36,785 nucleotides of DNA from Bacteroidota bacterium. Its GTDB lineage: Bacteria; Bacteroidota; Bacteroidia; Chitinophagales; CAIODY01. The position numbers and the translations under genes were made by a program. The stretch covers positions 1-36,785 of the forward strand of contig JBEEMV010000044.1 in NCBI GenBank assembly GCA_041192505.1, in the 5' to 3' direction. The notes beneath the pieces are model-generated. The model saw only the letters and a list, made by a program, of their open reading frames with translations, ran no database searches and was not told where the DNA came from. Positions 18,951-29,578 of this stretch are shown here, piece after piece (the stretch's first letter is position 1; each line of letters starts with the position of its first letter).

Positions 18951-19002
18951 GGTGTGCCTAAATGTTCCGAAAGTTCGAAACAATAGCGGTAGTTACAGCT
19001 TA

Positions 19003-19035
19003 AATCCTGACAGGTTTTAAAAACCTGTCAGGATT
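19003..19035. terminator. Perfect 14-bp hairpin between convergent cobB and sprA (bidirectional terminator candidate)
   Basis: aatcctgacaggtt (19003-19016) pairs perfectly with aacctgtcaggatt (19022-19035) around the loop ttaaa. There is no long T-run on either side. Confidence 0.55.
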
Positions 19036-19042
19036 GCTTAAC

Positions 19043-22000
19043 TTACTGCGGCGCTAATGTAAATCTTACTTTTATACCAGCCTTTACAGCCGTGATTGGG
19101 AAGCTGGCAGAGGTAGCAGGAATGGTACGGCGGTAATCATAAAATAAGCGAATATTTACACGGTTGTTTACCACATAATCTATATAAGGTGCTATGCCTA
19201 TGCTTTTCATGCCTCGGGTAAAGCCTTGTATGTTTTGATCTAATTTATAGTTTGCCGTTTTATCATTGCGATACGAAAAATCGAATCGGAAAGTAAGATC
19301 ATTATCTAATTTTACTTTTTTCTTTCCGTTTTTAAAAGGCAATGTTATCCCTTTTCGTTTATAACCCATGCCTATCGTTATTTCTTGTCCACGGGTTTCA
19401 CTTAATTGATAATCGATAAAACTCATATTCAGTGTTCTATTTCGTTTATAATCTACTTTGGTTGTGATATTGTTTTTCCATGTAATATCAACACCAATTA
19501 ATGGGGCAAATTGTTCGGTAATGCTAATCATCGGAATATTTAAGTACGAAACAAAGTTGTGATTTAATGAATCGATGGCATAAGGCCACATCATACTATT
19601 TTGAAATGTGCCTAATAGAAAATCAGGATTAGTCATAAAACTACCCACATTAAATGTTGAATTGTAGGCATGATTTATATTGGCTTGCGTTATCAATTTT
19701 TTTAAGCCCGGCAATTTTGAAAGGCCTGTATAACTTACTCTCCAATTAGGTTTTGGTAATAATTTAAATAATTGATCAACAGTGCTATTAGCCAATTTAG
19801 GATTAGCATAAGTAGATAAAAATGCAGGGATTAAAACCGATTGTGAGTAGGGTCCATAGCCTTGATAATAACCTGGCAACGAATCAATTTCTTTTTGGCT
19901 ATAAGGATTTTGTGTACCTAACGATTTTGAAATTTCTTTTCGCTTGGCTTCAAATTGTTTAAACAATCCCGAAAAACCATCTTTATCCGTTTTATCAAAA
20001 AAAGTATTTAGGGCAATAAACGATACCGTCATACTGCCATTTACCACTTTGCTTAATGCAGCAAAATCACTAATACTATCTGGTCGTTTATAATTTTCCG
20101 ATAAATTTCGAGAATAGGTTCGGGTTACTGTTAAATCTACTCTCATATCCGTAATCGGTTCTAAATTAGCAGTAATATTCCATGTTTCGGTACTGCGCTG
20201 GGTAAAGGGTGTAAACAATTTTGTATCGCCCGATAAGGCATTAATTTGAACAGATGAAAGTGTATTCAAATAATTTGGCGAAATCTGTTGCCCAGTTAAA
20301 AACTGCCAACCCGGTTGTTGCCACGATGAGTCCATCCCCAAATATCTTGTACTGCGTAAATAGCCCGGCATCACGGTTCCATTATCTTGCGATAAGTTTA
20401 CCGATATTCTTTTCAAACTCATCATAGGTTTTAAAAGTGTATAAACCACTGGGTTTAATTTGGGTTCATCATTTTTCTTTTTCACTTTTCCTTTTGCATC
20501 TACTTCGGTAGTTGCTTTCTTCGGTCCTTTCTGCGATTCATCATCCTTAGGTGCAGCTTCGGCAGCTTTGCTTTTGTTTTGCTGCATCAATGTTTTGGTA
20601 TTGTATCGTTTTAAAAATTTTACTTTATTGTATAAATTATTAAAATTAAAATCGGTGTTTAATTGTTGGTTTTGTGTGTTCTGCAAAGTATTGCCCAAGC
20701 TTTCGTATGTAAGTGGCGCTGTAACCCATGTATAAGTTGATGCATAAGTAGCTTTCATGGTTATCCAATCGGTAAGCGGAAATTTACTAAGCGGCACCAT
20801 GTAGCTTGCGTTTAATGAATGATTGTATCCAATAGTTCGCTTTAATTGTTTGATGCGATTAATGATGGTATCTTTTTCGGCTTTGGTATCAATTTTACCA
20901 TATGGTTCATCAATTCTCGAATTGTTGGTAGCATTAAAATCAATAGATATACTTCGGGTTACATCCCATCGCATGGAGTAATTACGCATCATGGTAAAAT
21001 ACTTGTTATAAGTAGGTGGCAATGGAATTTCATCGGTACTAAATCGGCGCAAATGTGTTTCGCCGTATTGCCTATCGGCATCGGCTTTAAAGCTAAAGCT
21101 ACTTGGTAATATGTTAAAATTAAAATCACGAATAAGAGCTAAATATTTGCCACCAAATTTCACAAAACTAAATGGTGTAATATATTTTTGTTTGATAGCA
21201 TAATTATAGCCAATACCGCCTTTGTATTTTTTTAATACATCGCTTTCGTAAGTAGGGTTGTGTTTAAATGTTTCGGTAAATGAATAGCTAACATTAAAAT
21301 TTTCGATATTGGTAGGCAAATTAAGTTTGCCAAGTTTTGTTTTTTTAGGTCGGTTAATTCTTACATTGGTTAAATTCCAACTTTTAATACCTACATAATC
21401 TTGCGCAATGTATTTTAATGAATCAGCATAGCTTTTACCACGTAATACTTTTGCTTGCGCTAATTCATCTTTCAGTTTTACATCTAATTGATAAGGATCG
21501 TATTGCGGATTGCTAAATTGTTCGCTAATACTAGCATACAATGGCAATTTTAAACCCAATGCTTCGGGCAATAATTTTCCTAATTCTACATTACCCGATA
21601 CATTATATTGATAAAAATTATCCTTAAATCGTTGTGCTAATTTTTGTTCTAACGAGCCATAGCCAATAGTATGCATTGTACCCGATGCAGATATAGTTCC
21701 TAAATCGGCCAATTTAATATCGGTTCTTAATAATGCTGCATAGCCACCATTTTCATCAAAGCCACTTAATCGCAATTCATCAAACCATATTTCGCCACAT
21801 TTATTTTGTCCATCATCAACATCGGTAGTGCTGCCTCGTTGCGGATTACGAACCCCCATCATACATGTTTTTACTAATCCTAAATCGGGTGTGCCTTTTA
21901 CAGTAAGCGTAATACCATTAGCCAATATAACTTTAAAAGGTGCATACTGTGGCTTGTTTTGGGCAATTCGTTTTTGCTTTAATGCCGTAAGCGAATCTAA

Positions 22001-25000
22001 AAATAAATCTACAGTATTGGCATCGGGCCATACGGCGTATGGGTCGGTAGCGGCTGTGCCTGTTATTTTTAATGGTACTGCATATTCATAATAGTTATCT
22101 GTAAAATCGGTACCAAAGCGAATAAAACCATACAAATCATTATCTTTTAATGCCGTTTGCCCAACCGTAGATTCAGCATGAATAAAGAATTTTACTTCTT
22201 TAAAAGTTCGCATATCTAAATTCAAAGTTTTATAAACTGCTCTGGCATCGCCATCTTTTAAGCCGCAAACTTGTAATGAAATAGATTGTTCGTTTGCCAA
22301 CACATTGGCTTGTGTGGTTAATACATTGGTTCGTTCAATACCCGGCGGTAATATATAACCCACAGGTTGTTTTGATGCGTTCTCTTCTAAGTTTACCGAT
22401 GTTACATTAAAATAAGTTCCTGTATTATGGTCATCAATTAATTGTTCGCCAGCCGACTCTAACGAGAATGGATAACGGCGCCATTGATTACGGGTCATTT
22501 GCAGTTTTGCAAATCGGCAAATGACCGAATCCGAAAATCCATTCAAATACATTCTAATAAATCGAATAGATTTAAAATCATTAATCGTTCCTATCTTTTT
22601 TTCATAGCTGCTAATCGGTATTTTAAATTGATAATATTTGGCGGTAGCCGTTGATCCATCTTTTAATTTTACAGGTGCTTCACGAACATTGTTTACAAAG
22701 TTCGAACCTATTTGCATATTGGGTTGCAAGTGTACACGATATTGAAAATAATTTTCTGATTCGCTTAATGAATTGTCTTTATTAATGTCTTCGCTTTCAG
22801 GAATATTAGTAGCTGCTGTTGAGTATTTTTCAGGCGATTGCCCATCGGTAGGCGAATTGCCTTGGGCATTATTATATCTTTTATATCGTTCTAAAATGGG
22901 TGTAACGGCATTATCAAAATCAGTTCCTCTATAAAAATGGTAGTTATCGTTTGATGGATCTGCTTGAACACTGTTTACCGTTGAAGCTGCGAAAGGCTTG
23001 CCATCGGCGGCTGTAGCGGCTGTTGATATATTGCCTACATATCGGGCAAATGTAGTTCTTTCTAAATCATCAGTACAACCATCATAGCCCACATCTTGTA
23101 TAGCTCTTACATTTTGATCATTATCAAATGCATTGGTAATAGGTTGTTGATTGGTAGGCACAAAACCCCAAGTGGTAGCTTGTTTGGCGCTTACATCATT
23201 GGCATCACGTGGCAATCCATTTTCATAAAACTTACGATGATCTTTTAAAATATCTTCTGATACGGTTCCTAAATTAAAATACAAATCGCCCGTATTGCTG
23301 CTTAATGCACCATTAGTACTATAAGGATCAAGCATCCAAAATTCAACAAATTCAATATTTGCAGTTTCAAAATCGCTGTATTCAATACTTCGGGTAATGC
23401 CACCCCAACGCTTTGTAGGGTTAGCCAACGATCCATCGCTGTTCATTCCTTTATAATCAAAATTGTATGGCCCTTTTCGTTTCGGATTAAAAAACACATC
23501 GAAAGAAGTAAGCGTTAATGGTGTGCCAGGCGCTAATTGTTTATCAGGAAACAATTCTTTTTCTTCAATTTCACGAATAAATAAATTTGATTGCTCGGTA
23601 TTGCTGGTAAGGTTAGATGCAAAGCCATTAGCAGCTCGGGTAAAATATGGATCGATATTATACCAAGCTAATTTACCACGATTAAATCCATAATTTAATG
23701 AATCGGAATGTGATTCGGGAAATAGCTCTTGCCCTGCTGCACCACGGCTTGCATTCTGCGGTGTACTGGCAATAGCCCAACTTGTAAGCGGAAATTTTAA
23801 ATCATAATTACTTTGTGCCCCTTCAAAATCATCAATATACACTTGCCCTGCATCGCCAATGGCTTTGCTATGCCCAGGTATTAATTTAGCGGCTTCTATC
23901 GTTACATTAATATTAGATTTTTCTTTCGATTCATAAATTGGCAATTTATTTAAAGCCTTGGTTATAAATCCGCTTTTTTGCGAATAATGTACATCGCCGC
24001 CCACTACAGCATTGCTAATTGGATCATCGCCTACTAATACTTTTTGAGTAAATGGTCGTTCGCTTAAATGCAACCATGTAGCACCCAAATTCAAATGTTC
24101 GTTTACATAATAATCAAATCTATTTCCAATAAAAGTTTTTACTTGCCCTAATCCTGCAAAGGCATTATTTTCAAATTTTACTTTAATAGGTTGCCCACTA
24201 TTCATGATGCCTTCATTCAATATTTTCACTCTACCCAAATTATAATCTACCGAATAATCTACATTTTCTTTTAATTCTTGTCCGCCACTACTCACTTTTA
24301 CCGAGCCTTGCGGCAAATTAAATGCACCTAAATAAATTTCGCTTGCCGAGTTAGATTTATAACTGCCTTTAATATTGAATCTATTTTTTTCAGGATATTG
24401 TTGGGCTTCGGTTTTTGTTTTGTCATACAATTCTTGATACACATATTTGTTGGCTATAAATTGGTCATCTTGCGTATTCTGAAATTTTGCTTTTAAATCA
24501 TTTCCAAATGGTTCAATTACCGGAAATATTAATCTACCACTTTGCGGAATGATGGTAATGTTAGGAATGAAATCGAAAATACCATCGGGTGTTGGATCGT
24601 TTTGAGTATTTAATCTATCTAAATTTAATAACCTAATTAATGGCACACCCATTACCGAACCATCAGTTAAATAGCGCTTTTCGCCACCGCCCGATGTTAA
24701 GTAAGTTACATCTAATTTAAAATCGGTAGCCGATATTTGATAAGCGCCTAACGAATAAATATTTTTCATCATCAACTTCCATAGCGGCAAAGTAGTATTA
24801 GCAATTTGCGATTTTAATAATTTCAAAAACAATACATTTTGCGAAGTAGTAGTTGGCGTACCGCCTGTTCCTGTGGTAGCACCAGCGCCATTTACAGTAG
24901 GAATGTCTTCCGAAAATTCGCCTACTTTATAAGTCTTTCCATTGTAAGTATATTCGTAGGCCACCGCCAATACATCACTCGAATTTAAAGTTTGTTGTAA

Positions 25001-26341
25001 AGATAAAAAACCTAATTGCGGATATAATACATACTCGGTAGCAGCTAATTTACGAGCAAATGTTTTTTCGTAAATTAATGGATTAGGATCGTTTACAAAA
25101 ATACCAGTGGTAATAGAACTTACTACCGAATTTGTATTTCTACATCTTGCATCATTTTTTAAAGATGAATACAAACTATTGTTTTCGTTCTTTGGCAATT
25201 TATCTAAATTAGCTTTTTGCCAACGAGTTTGATAAGGTGAATATTCAGCCAAATCCATTGTACCTACTATATCTCTAACATTTTCGGTAACACCTGTTTT
25301 GTTTGTAATCCAAACCTCAACCCTTGTAATGTTTATACCCGATTGAACGATGGGTAATTTTTTTAACCATGTGTTGTAATTATCTCTAAAAAAATGAGAT
25401 AAAAAAAAGTGTTTGTTGTCTTCGTATTGGTCGGCTTGAATAGAATAGGTTTGAGTTTGAGCGCCGCCTTGAATATTTATTTCTTCCGATTTCGATTTTT
25501 GTTGCGATAAAACAGTGGTTACATTTAAGCGCCCAAATTTCATTTTTGTTTTAATACCAAACAAACTTTGATTGCCCGTTATCAACGAATTATTTAATGG
25601 CAAGCTTACATTACCAGCACCAATGCTTTGTATTATTTCATCATCATGGCCTGTATATTCTAATTTAATTTGATTTTCAAAATCGAAAGTAGCCTGCGTA
25701 TTATAATTGGTAGTAAGCTTCATCTTATCGCCTATTTTGCCTACCAAATTCATATTAATATTCATGTCAAAATCAAATCCGCCTTGCTTTTTTGCCGCTT
25801 GAATTAGGGTAGGATTTTCTACTTTCTGACGATTAACACCAAACGTTAATTCAACATTACCCGATGGACGAATATCTACACCACCAGGGCCAAATAATCT
25901 ATCAATCAGTTGGTTGCTGCCTGCAAATTTTGGTACTGCATTTTTGTTTTCAATTAAATTGTTGGCATTGTTTCTTTGCTTCCAATATTCTGTTTGATCT
26001 TTTTGATATTGATATTTCAAAAACTCATCAAATGTCATGTAGGTAGGGCTTCTATAAAATTTACCTCCAATTGTTTCCGTTAAAATATAACGTTTAGATG
26101 CTGGGTCGTAATCAACTTTTTGATCAATATTTGATGGATTTTTTAAATCTATATTATCCAAAGGTTTATCGTTTATAAAATCGCCACCTTGATCTTGAAT
26201 GGGATAATGCAATTTAATAGAATCTTCTTGCGGCAAATAATTATCTGTAATAATAATTGGCTCGGCAACAAACATGGCTCTACTGCTGTAAATAACCAGC
26301 AATAGCACCATCATAAAACATATTCGAAATACTTTTTTCAA
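19043..26341 (-). CDS. sprA: T9SS translocon SprA (Sov)
   Basis: 2,432 aa with an N-terminal signal peptide. Size and beta-rich composition match the giant outer-membrane barrel SprA, with conserved stretches such as VDIRPSGNVELTFG and a C-terminal beta-barrel closing ...AVKAGIKVRFTLAPQ. The apparent start is a TTG; ATG ATG nine codons in is an alternative. Confidence 0.93.
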   Translation of the reverse strand: MKKVFRICFMMVLLLVIYSSRAMFVAEPIIITDNYLPQEDSIKLHYPIQDQGGDFINDKPLDNIDLKNPSNIDQKVDYDPASKRYILTETIGGKFYRSPTYMTFDEFLKYQYQKDQTEYWKQRNNANNLIENKNAVPKFAGSNQLIDRLFGPGGVDIRPSGNVELTFGVNRQKVENPTLIQAAKKQGGFDFDMNINMNLVGKIGDKMKLTTNYNTQATFDFENQIKLEYTGHDDEIIQSIGAGNVSLPLNNSLITGNQSLFGIKTKMKFGRLNVTTVLSQQKSKSEEINIQGGAQTQTYSIQADQYEDNKHFFLSHFFRDNYNTWLKKLPIVQSGINITRVEVWITNKTGVTENVRDIVGTMDLAEYSPYQTRWQKANLDKLPKNENNSLYSSLKNDARCRNTNSVVSSITTGIFVNDPNPLIYEKTFARKLAATEYVLYPQLGFLSLQQTLNSSDVLAVAYEYTYNGKTYKVGEFSEDIPTVNGAGATTGTGGTPTTTSQNVLFLKLLKSQIANTTLPLWKLMMKNIYSLGAYQISATDFKLDVTYLTSGGGEKRYLTDGSVMGVPLIRLLNLDRLNTQNDPTPDGIFDFIPNITIIPQSGRLIFPVIEPFGNDLKAKFQNTQDDQFIANKYVYQELYDKTKTEAQQYPEKNRFNIKGSYKSNSASEIYLGAFNLPQGSVKVSSGGQELKENVDYSVDYNLGRVKILNEGIMNSGQPIKVKFENNAFAGLGQVKTFIGNRFDYYVNEHLNLGATWLHLSERPFTQKVLVGDDPISNAVVGGDVHYSQKSGFITKALNKLPIYESKEKSNINVTIEAAKLIPGHSKAIGDAGQVYIDDFEGAQSNYDLKFPLTSWAIASTPQNASRGAAGQELFPESHSDSLNYGFNRGKLAWYNIDPYFTRAANGFASNLTSNTEQSNLFIREIEEKELFPDKQLAPGTPLTLTSFDVFFNPKRKGPYNFDYKGMNSDGSLANPTKRWGGITRSIEYSDFETANIEFVEFWMLDPYSTNGALSSNTGDLYFNLGTVSEDILKDHRKFYENGLPRDANDVSAKQATTWGFVPTNQQPITNAFDNDQNVRAIQDVGYDGCTDDLERTTFARYVGNISTAATAADGKPFAASTVNSVQADPSNDNYHFYRGTDFDNAVTPILERYKRYNNAQGNSPTDGQSPEKYSTAATNIPESEDINKDNSLSESENYFQYRVHLQPNMQIGSNFVNNVREAPVKLKDGSTATAKYYQFKIPISSYEKKIGTINDFKSIRFIRMYLNGFSDSVICRFAKLQMTRNQWRRYPFSLESAGEQLIDDHNTGTYFNVTSVNLEENASKQPVGYILPPGIERTNVLTTQANVLANEQSISLQVCGLKDGDARAVYKTLNLDMRTFKEVKFFIHAESTVGQTALKDNDLYGFIRFGTDFTDNYYEYAVPLKITGTAATDPYAVWPDANTVDLFLDSLTALKQKRIAQNKPQYAPFKVILANGITLTVKGTPDLGLVKTCMMGVRNPQRGSTTDVDDGQNKCGEIWFDELRLSGFDENGGYAALLRTDIKLADLGTISASGTMHTIGYGSLEQKLAQRFKDNFYQYNVSGNVELGKLLPEALGLKLPLYASISEQFSNPQYDPYQLDVKLKDELAQAKVLRGKSYADSLKYIAQDYVGIKSWNLTNVRINRPKKTKLGKLNLPTNIENFNVSYSFTETFKHNPTYESDVLKKYKGGIGYNYAIKQKYITPFSFVKFGGKYLALIRDFNFNILPSSFSFKADADRQYGETHLRRFSTDEIPLPPTYNKYFTMMRNYSMRWDVTRSISIDFNATNNSRIDEPYGKIDTKAEKDTIINRIKQLKRTIGYNHSLNASYMVPLSKFPLTDWITMKATYASTYTWVTAPLTYESLGNTLQNTQNQQLNTDFNFNNLYNKVKFLKRYNTKTLMQQNKSKAAEAAPKDDESQKGPKKATTEVDAKGKVKKKNDEPKLNPVVYTLLKPMMSLKRISVNLSQDNGTVMPGYLRSTRYLGMDSSWQQPGWQFLTGQQISPNYLNTLSSVQINALSGDTKLFTPFTQRSTETWNITANLEPITDMRVDLTVTRTYSRNLSENYKRPDSISDFAALSKVVNGSMTVSFIALNTFFDKTDKDGFSGLFKQFEAKRKEISKSLGTQNPYSQKEIDSLPGYYQGYGPYSQSVLIPAFLSTYANPKLANSTVDQLFKLLPKPNWRVSYTGLSKLPGLKKLITQANINHAYNSTFNVGSFMTNPDFLLGTFQNSMMWPYAIDSLNHNFVSYLNIPMISITEQFAPLIGVDITWKNNITTKVDYKRNRTLNMSFIDYQLSETRGQEITIGMGYKRKGITLPFKNGKKKVKLDNDLTFRFDFSYRNDKTANYKLDQNIQGFTRGMKSIGIAPYIDYVVNNRVNIRLFYDYRRTIPATSASFPITAVKAGIKVRFTLAPQ

Positions 26342-26411
26342 CTACTTGATTTAGGTTTTTTTTATCTTTTTCGGTTTTATTAATTCAGGCTTATGTTTGC
26401 ATACCAAACCA

Positions 26412-27002
26412 CTACATTGCCTTCAAAGCCTCTTTAATTAACACTTCCACTGTATTTATATCAGGTTTAGTTTTTGTAATTTTTGCCACCGCATTATCGG
26501 CTTGGGCTTTATTAAATCCTAAAGCCATCAATGCTGATAACGCCTCTGCTTGAATATTATTGTATGCAAAATGATTGGCAGGCATATTTTTCATATCGGC
26601 TGTTTTTAGCATTTTATCTTTCAGCTCTAAAATCATGCGCTTGGCTGTTTTGGGTCCTATGCCTTTTATTTTTTCTAACAATTTTTCATTTTCCTGAATT
26701 ATGGCTTGTTGAATTTCGTTGGGCTGAATAGATGATAAAATTATTCGAGCCGTAGAACAGCCTACACCACTTACACTTATTAATTGTTGAAATAAAATCT
26801 TTTCCGATTCATCGGCAAAGCCATATAATGTATGAGCATCTTCGGTAATTTGCTGATGAACATGCAGCAAAACAATCTTCTCGTTTTGTATTTTCGAATA
26901 ACAGTTTAATGAAATATTGATGAGATAACCCACACCATTATTTTCTACAATTACCGAAGCTGGGTTTTTTTTGGTAAGCTCCCCTTTTATATATGCAAAC
27001 AT
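26412..27002 (-). CDS. ruvA: Holliday junction branch-migration complex subunit RuvA
   Basis: 196 aa: MFAYIKGEL..., LISVSGVGCSTARIILS, IKGIGPKTAKRMILELKDK (HhH motifs), and a C-terminal domain III. Confidence 0.95.
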   Translation of the reverse strand: MFAYIKGELTKKNPASVIVENNGVGYLINISLNCYSKIQNEKIVLLHVHQQITEDAHTLYGFADESEKILFQQLISVSGVGCSTARIILSSIQPNEIQQAIIQENEKLLEKIKGIGPKTAKRMILELKDKMLKTADMKNMPANHFAYNNIQAEALSALMALGFNKAQADNAVAKITKTKPDINTVEVLIKEALKAM

Positions 27003-27080
27003 AGGTTAATGACTAATTTAATTAACAAGATAAAAAACTCTGATTATTATTTTTGCTATACCAGCAATTTTTTGAAAAGG

Positions 27081-27434
27081 CTATTTTCTAACCCAAATTA
27101 TAGTACCCTTATATTCAGTTTGAAAATCCAAACATTTTCCGTCGCCGCCTTTTATCATTCCACCATTTGGGTGGCAAATTAATTCGTCTTTGGCATTTCG
27201 TAAATCATTTAATTGATCACAACAAGGCGATATAATATAATATGCCACTTCGCCATGATACTTGCCTTGCATCACTTTTTGAATGGATTGATTGTTAGGC
27301 AATTTTTCATTACTTGCAATTTTTTCGGCAAGCCAATTCGGTAATTTTGTATTCGATTCAACTTTTTTTGATGAATGGCAAGCCATCATAAAAATTACAC
27401 CTATTGCAATTAGTAAACTATTTATTTTATTCAT
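27081..27434 (-). CDS. Small lipoprotein of unknown function
   Basis: 117 aa. A signal peptide ends in a Cys (VIFMMAC), and four further Cys residues follow in PCCDQ...C...C. I cannot assign a family. Confidence 0.55.
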   Translation of the reverse strand: MNKINSLLIAIGVIFMMACHSSKKVESNTKLPNWLAEKIASNEKLPNNQSIQKVMQGKYHGEVAYYIISPCCDQLNDLRNAKDELICHPNGGMIKGGDGKCLDFQTEYKGTIIWVRK

Positions 27435-27460
27435 AATGGTTAAAAGTAAGGGTAATTCAA

Positions 27461-27502
27461 TTAAAATAAAAAACCCCGATGAAGAAAACTTACATCGGGG
27501 TT
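27461..27502 (-). terminator. Orphan minus-strand rho-independent terminator-like hairpin just upstream of the lipoprotein gene
   Basis: aaccccgatg (27472-27481) pairs with catcggggtt (27493-27502). On the minus strand the hairpin is followed by ttttttatttt. No minus-strand gene lies upstream of it. Confidence 0.45.
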
Positions 27503-27707
27503 AAAATCAACTACTATTCACCCTGAGTCAAAAGTAATACAGCCATATTGGGTATATAAAAAATACACCTATCTTTTATAGACAATAAATGTGGATTGTA
27601 TGCTGAAATAAACAAAATCGAGATTGGTAAAATAGGCTGCTGCTACAATAAATTAGGTATAAATTAATTTTCTGTGATTTTATGTAAACAAATACACAAA
27701 ATTTACA

Positions 27708-27715
27708 TACCTTTG
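27708..27715 (+). promoter_or_regulatory. -7 promoter box (TACCTTTG) for the yceD-rpmF-plsX cluster
   Basis: Exact TAnnTTTG, 19 nt before the GTG start at 27734. Confidence 0.35.
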
Positions 27716-27733
27716 CCCTCCTTTTAAAAAGCG

Positions 27734-28267
27734 GTGGAAAAAGAATTGAGATTATATGATATTCATTACGTTGGTTTAACAACCGGCGAACACGTTTTCA
27801 ATTATGAAATCACTGATTCTTTTTTTAAATTAATTGAAGAATCGCCGTTACAAAAAGGAGATTGTAATGTGAAGCTTGTTTTTGAAAAAGAAGCCACACA
27901 TTTTGTTCTTAGTTTTAGTGTTGAAGGAAATGTAGAAGTAGAGTGTGATAGATGCACCGCCGACATTAAATATCCAATTTACAATAATTTTAAATTGTAT
28001 ATTAAATTTGATGACCAACGTGATACTGGTACAAGCGAAGATGATGATGAGATGATCTACATTCCTAGAAGCGATTCAACTATTAATGTAGCTCAGTTTA
28101 TTTATGAATATATTAGTTTGAGCATTCCGATGGTACGAAATTGTGATTTTTTAGAAGAAAAATATAAAAATTGCAATCAGGAAATTTTAAAAAAATTAAA
28201 AAACGAATCTACCGAGCATGAAACAGATGCAAGGTGGGAAAAATTAAAAAACATAAAACTTAAGTAA
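27734..28267 (+). CDS. yceD: YceD/DUF177 family protein (large-subunit rRNA accumulation protein)
   Basis: 177 aa with a GTG start. The Cys-containing core VEVECDRCTAD and the position immediately upstream of rpmF-plsX follow the conserved bacterial arrangement. Confidence 0.85.
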   Translation: MEKELRLYDIHYVGLTTGEHVFNYEITDSFFKLIEESPLQKGDCNVKLVFEKEATHFVLSFSVEGNVEVECDRCTADIKYPIYNNFKLYIKFDDQRDTGTSEDDDEMIYIPRSDSTINVAQFIYEYISLSIPMVRNCDFLEEKYKNCNQEILKKLKNESTEHETDARWEKLKNIKLK

Positions 28268-28315
28268 CACTAAGTTGATTAACATAAAAATTTAACATTT
28301 AACTATTTATAAGTT

Positions 28316-28507
28316 ATGCCAAATCCTAAAAGACGACATTCAGCATCAAGACGTGATAAACGCCGTACACATTACAAAGCCGTAGCACCAACAATTGCAA
28401 CTGATAAAAATACTGGTGAAGTATATTTAAGTCATCGTGCTTATTGGAGTACTGATGGTAAATTAATATACAACGGACAAACGGTAATGGAAAGATCTTC
28501 TAAATAG
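28316..28507 (+). CDS. rpmF: 50S ribosomal protein L32
   Basis: 63 aa, MPNPKRRHSASRRDKRRTHYK..., matching the canonical L32 N-terminus. Confidence 0.95.
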   Translation: MPNPKRRHSASRRDKRRTHYKAVAPTIATDKNTGEVYLSHRAYWSTDGKLIYNGQTVMERSSK

Positions 28508-28565
28508 ATTTTTCTTAGCAACAATATTTTTCGAAAAAATCCGAGTAAAAGTTTTAACCAAATTG

Positions 28566-28573
28566 TATATTTG
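28566..28573 (+). promoter_or_regulatory. Possible internal -7 box (TATATTTG) ahead of plsX
   Basis: Exact TAnnTTTG in the rpmF-plsX spacer, 54 nt before the ATG at 28627. Confidence 0.3.
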
Positions 28574-28626
28574 GCTGAAAATTTTTGCTTGGATTTTTTA
28601 TTTATGCAAATTTCAAAACAACCAAC

Positions 28627-29568
28627 ATGATAAAAATAGGAATTGATATGATGGGTGGCGATTTTGCCCCACAAGCTACTGCCAAAGGTGTTGCAATGGC
28701 TCAAGCCGAATTAGCTGCCGATAACCATTTGGTGCTGATTGGCAACCAAGATATTATTAAAGCCGAATTGCAAAATGCTGGTGCCGATGCTTCAAAGTTT
28801 ACTATTGTACATGCACCCGATATTATTGAAATGGGCGAACATCCTGCCAAAGCATTTCAACAAAAACCGCATTCATCAATAAGCATAGGTTTTCATTTAT
28901 TAAAAGAAAATAAAATTGATGTATTTGCAAGTGCTGGTAATACAGGCGCTATGTTAGTAGGTACATTATTTAGCGTAAAAGCTATTGAAGGTATAAGCCG
29001 CCCTTGTATTGCATCGGTAGCACCAAAATTAAATGGTAGCACTGGCGTAATAGTAGATGTAGGCGCTAATGCAGATGTAAAACCCGAACACTTAAACCAG
29101 TTTGCATTATTGGGAAGCATTTATGCCGAGGCTGTTTTAAAATGCAACAACCCTAAAGTTGGATTATTAAATTTGGGCGAAGAAGAAGGTAAAGGCAATT
29201 TGATTTTACAAGCTGCTTATCCATTATTAAAAGAAAACAGCAAGATTAATTTTATTGGCAATATTGAAGGCAGAGATATTTTTAATGATAAAGCCGATGT
29301 AATTGTTTGCGATGGTTATGTAGGTAATGTGGTATTAAAAATGGGTGAAAATATTTATGATATTTTAAAAGAACAAAATGCTATTACCCCATTTTTTGAA
29401 AGAGTAAATTATGAAAACTATGGTGGTATGCCCATCTTAGGCGCTAATGCTGCTGTGGTAATTGGTCATGGTGTATCAAATGCTAAAGCAATAAAAAATA
29501 TGATTTTACACAGCCGTGATATTGCAGCATCGGGCATGGTGCAATTAATTAAAAATGCAATGGCTTAA
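28627..29568 (+). CDS. plsX: Phosphate acyltransferase PlsX
   Basis: MIKIGIDMMGGDFAP..., SAGNTGA, DVGANAD and VCDGYVGNVVLK are canonical PlsX motifs. The start is placed at the ATG at 28627, 14 codons inside the track ORF, which begins at a TTG. Confidence 0.95.
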   Translation: MIKIGIDMMGGDFAPQATAKGVAMAQAELAADNHLVLIGNQDIIKAELQNAGADASKFTIVHAPDIIEMGEHPAKAFQQKPHSSISIGFHLLKENKIDVFASAGNTGAMLVGTLFSVKAIEGISRPCIASVAPKLNGSTGVIVDVGANADVKPEHLNQFALLGSIYAEAVLKCNNPKVGLLNLGEEEGKGNLILQAAYPLLKENSKINFIGNIEGRDIFNDKADVIVCDGYVGNVVLKMGENIYDILKEQNAITPFFERVNYENYGGMPILGANAAVVIGHGVSNAKAIKNMILHSRDIAASGMVQLIKNAMA

Positions 29569-29578
29569 AGATAGCACC

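Noticed and set aside
20460-26046. Plus-strand ORFs of 60-91 aa inside sprA (20460-20735, 20846-21109, 21828-22091, 23463-23693, 25864-26046)
   Set aside because: They are antisense shadows of a 2,432-aa gene.
27576-27782. 68-aa minus-strand ORF in the yceD upstream region
   Set aside because: It overlaps the yceD promoter box and start. The Cys/Phe-rich translation has no motif, so it is probably spurious.
28441-28704. 87-aa minus-strand ORF spanning the rpmF-plsX spacer
   Set aside because: It overlaps both flanking conserved genes on the opposite strand.
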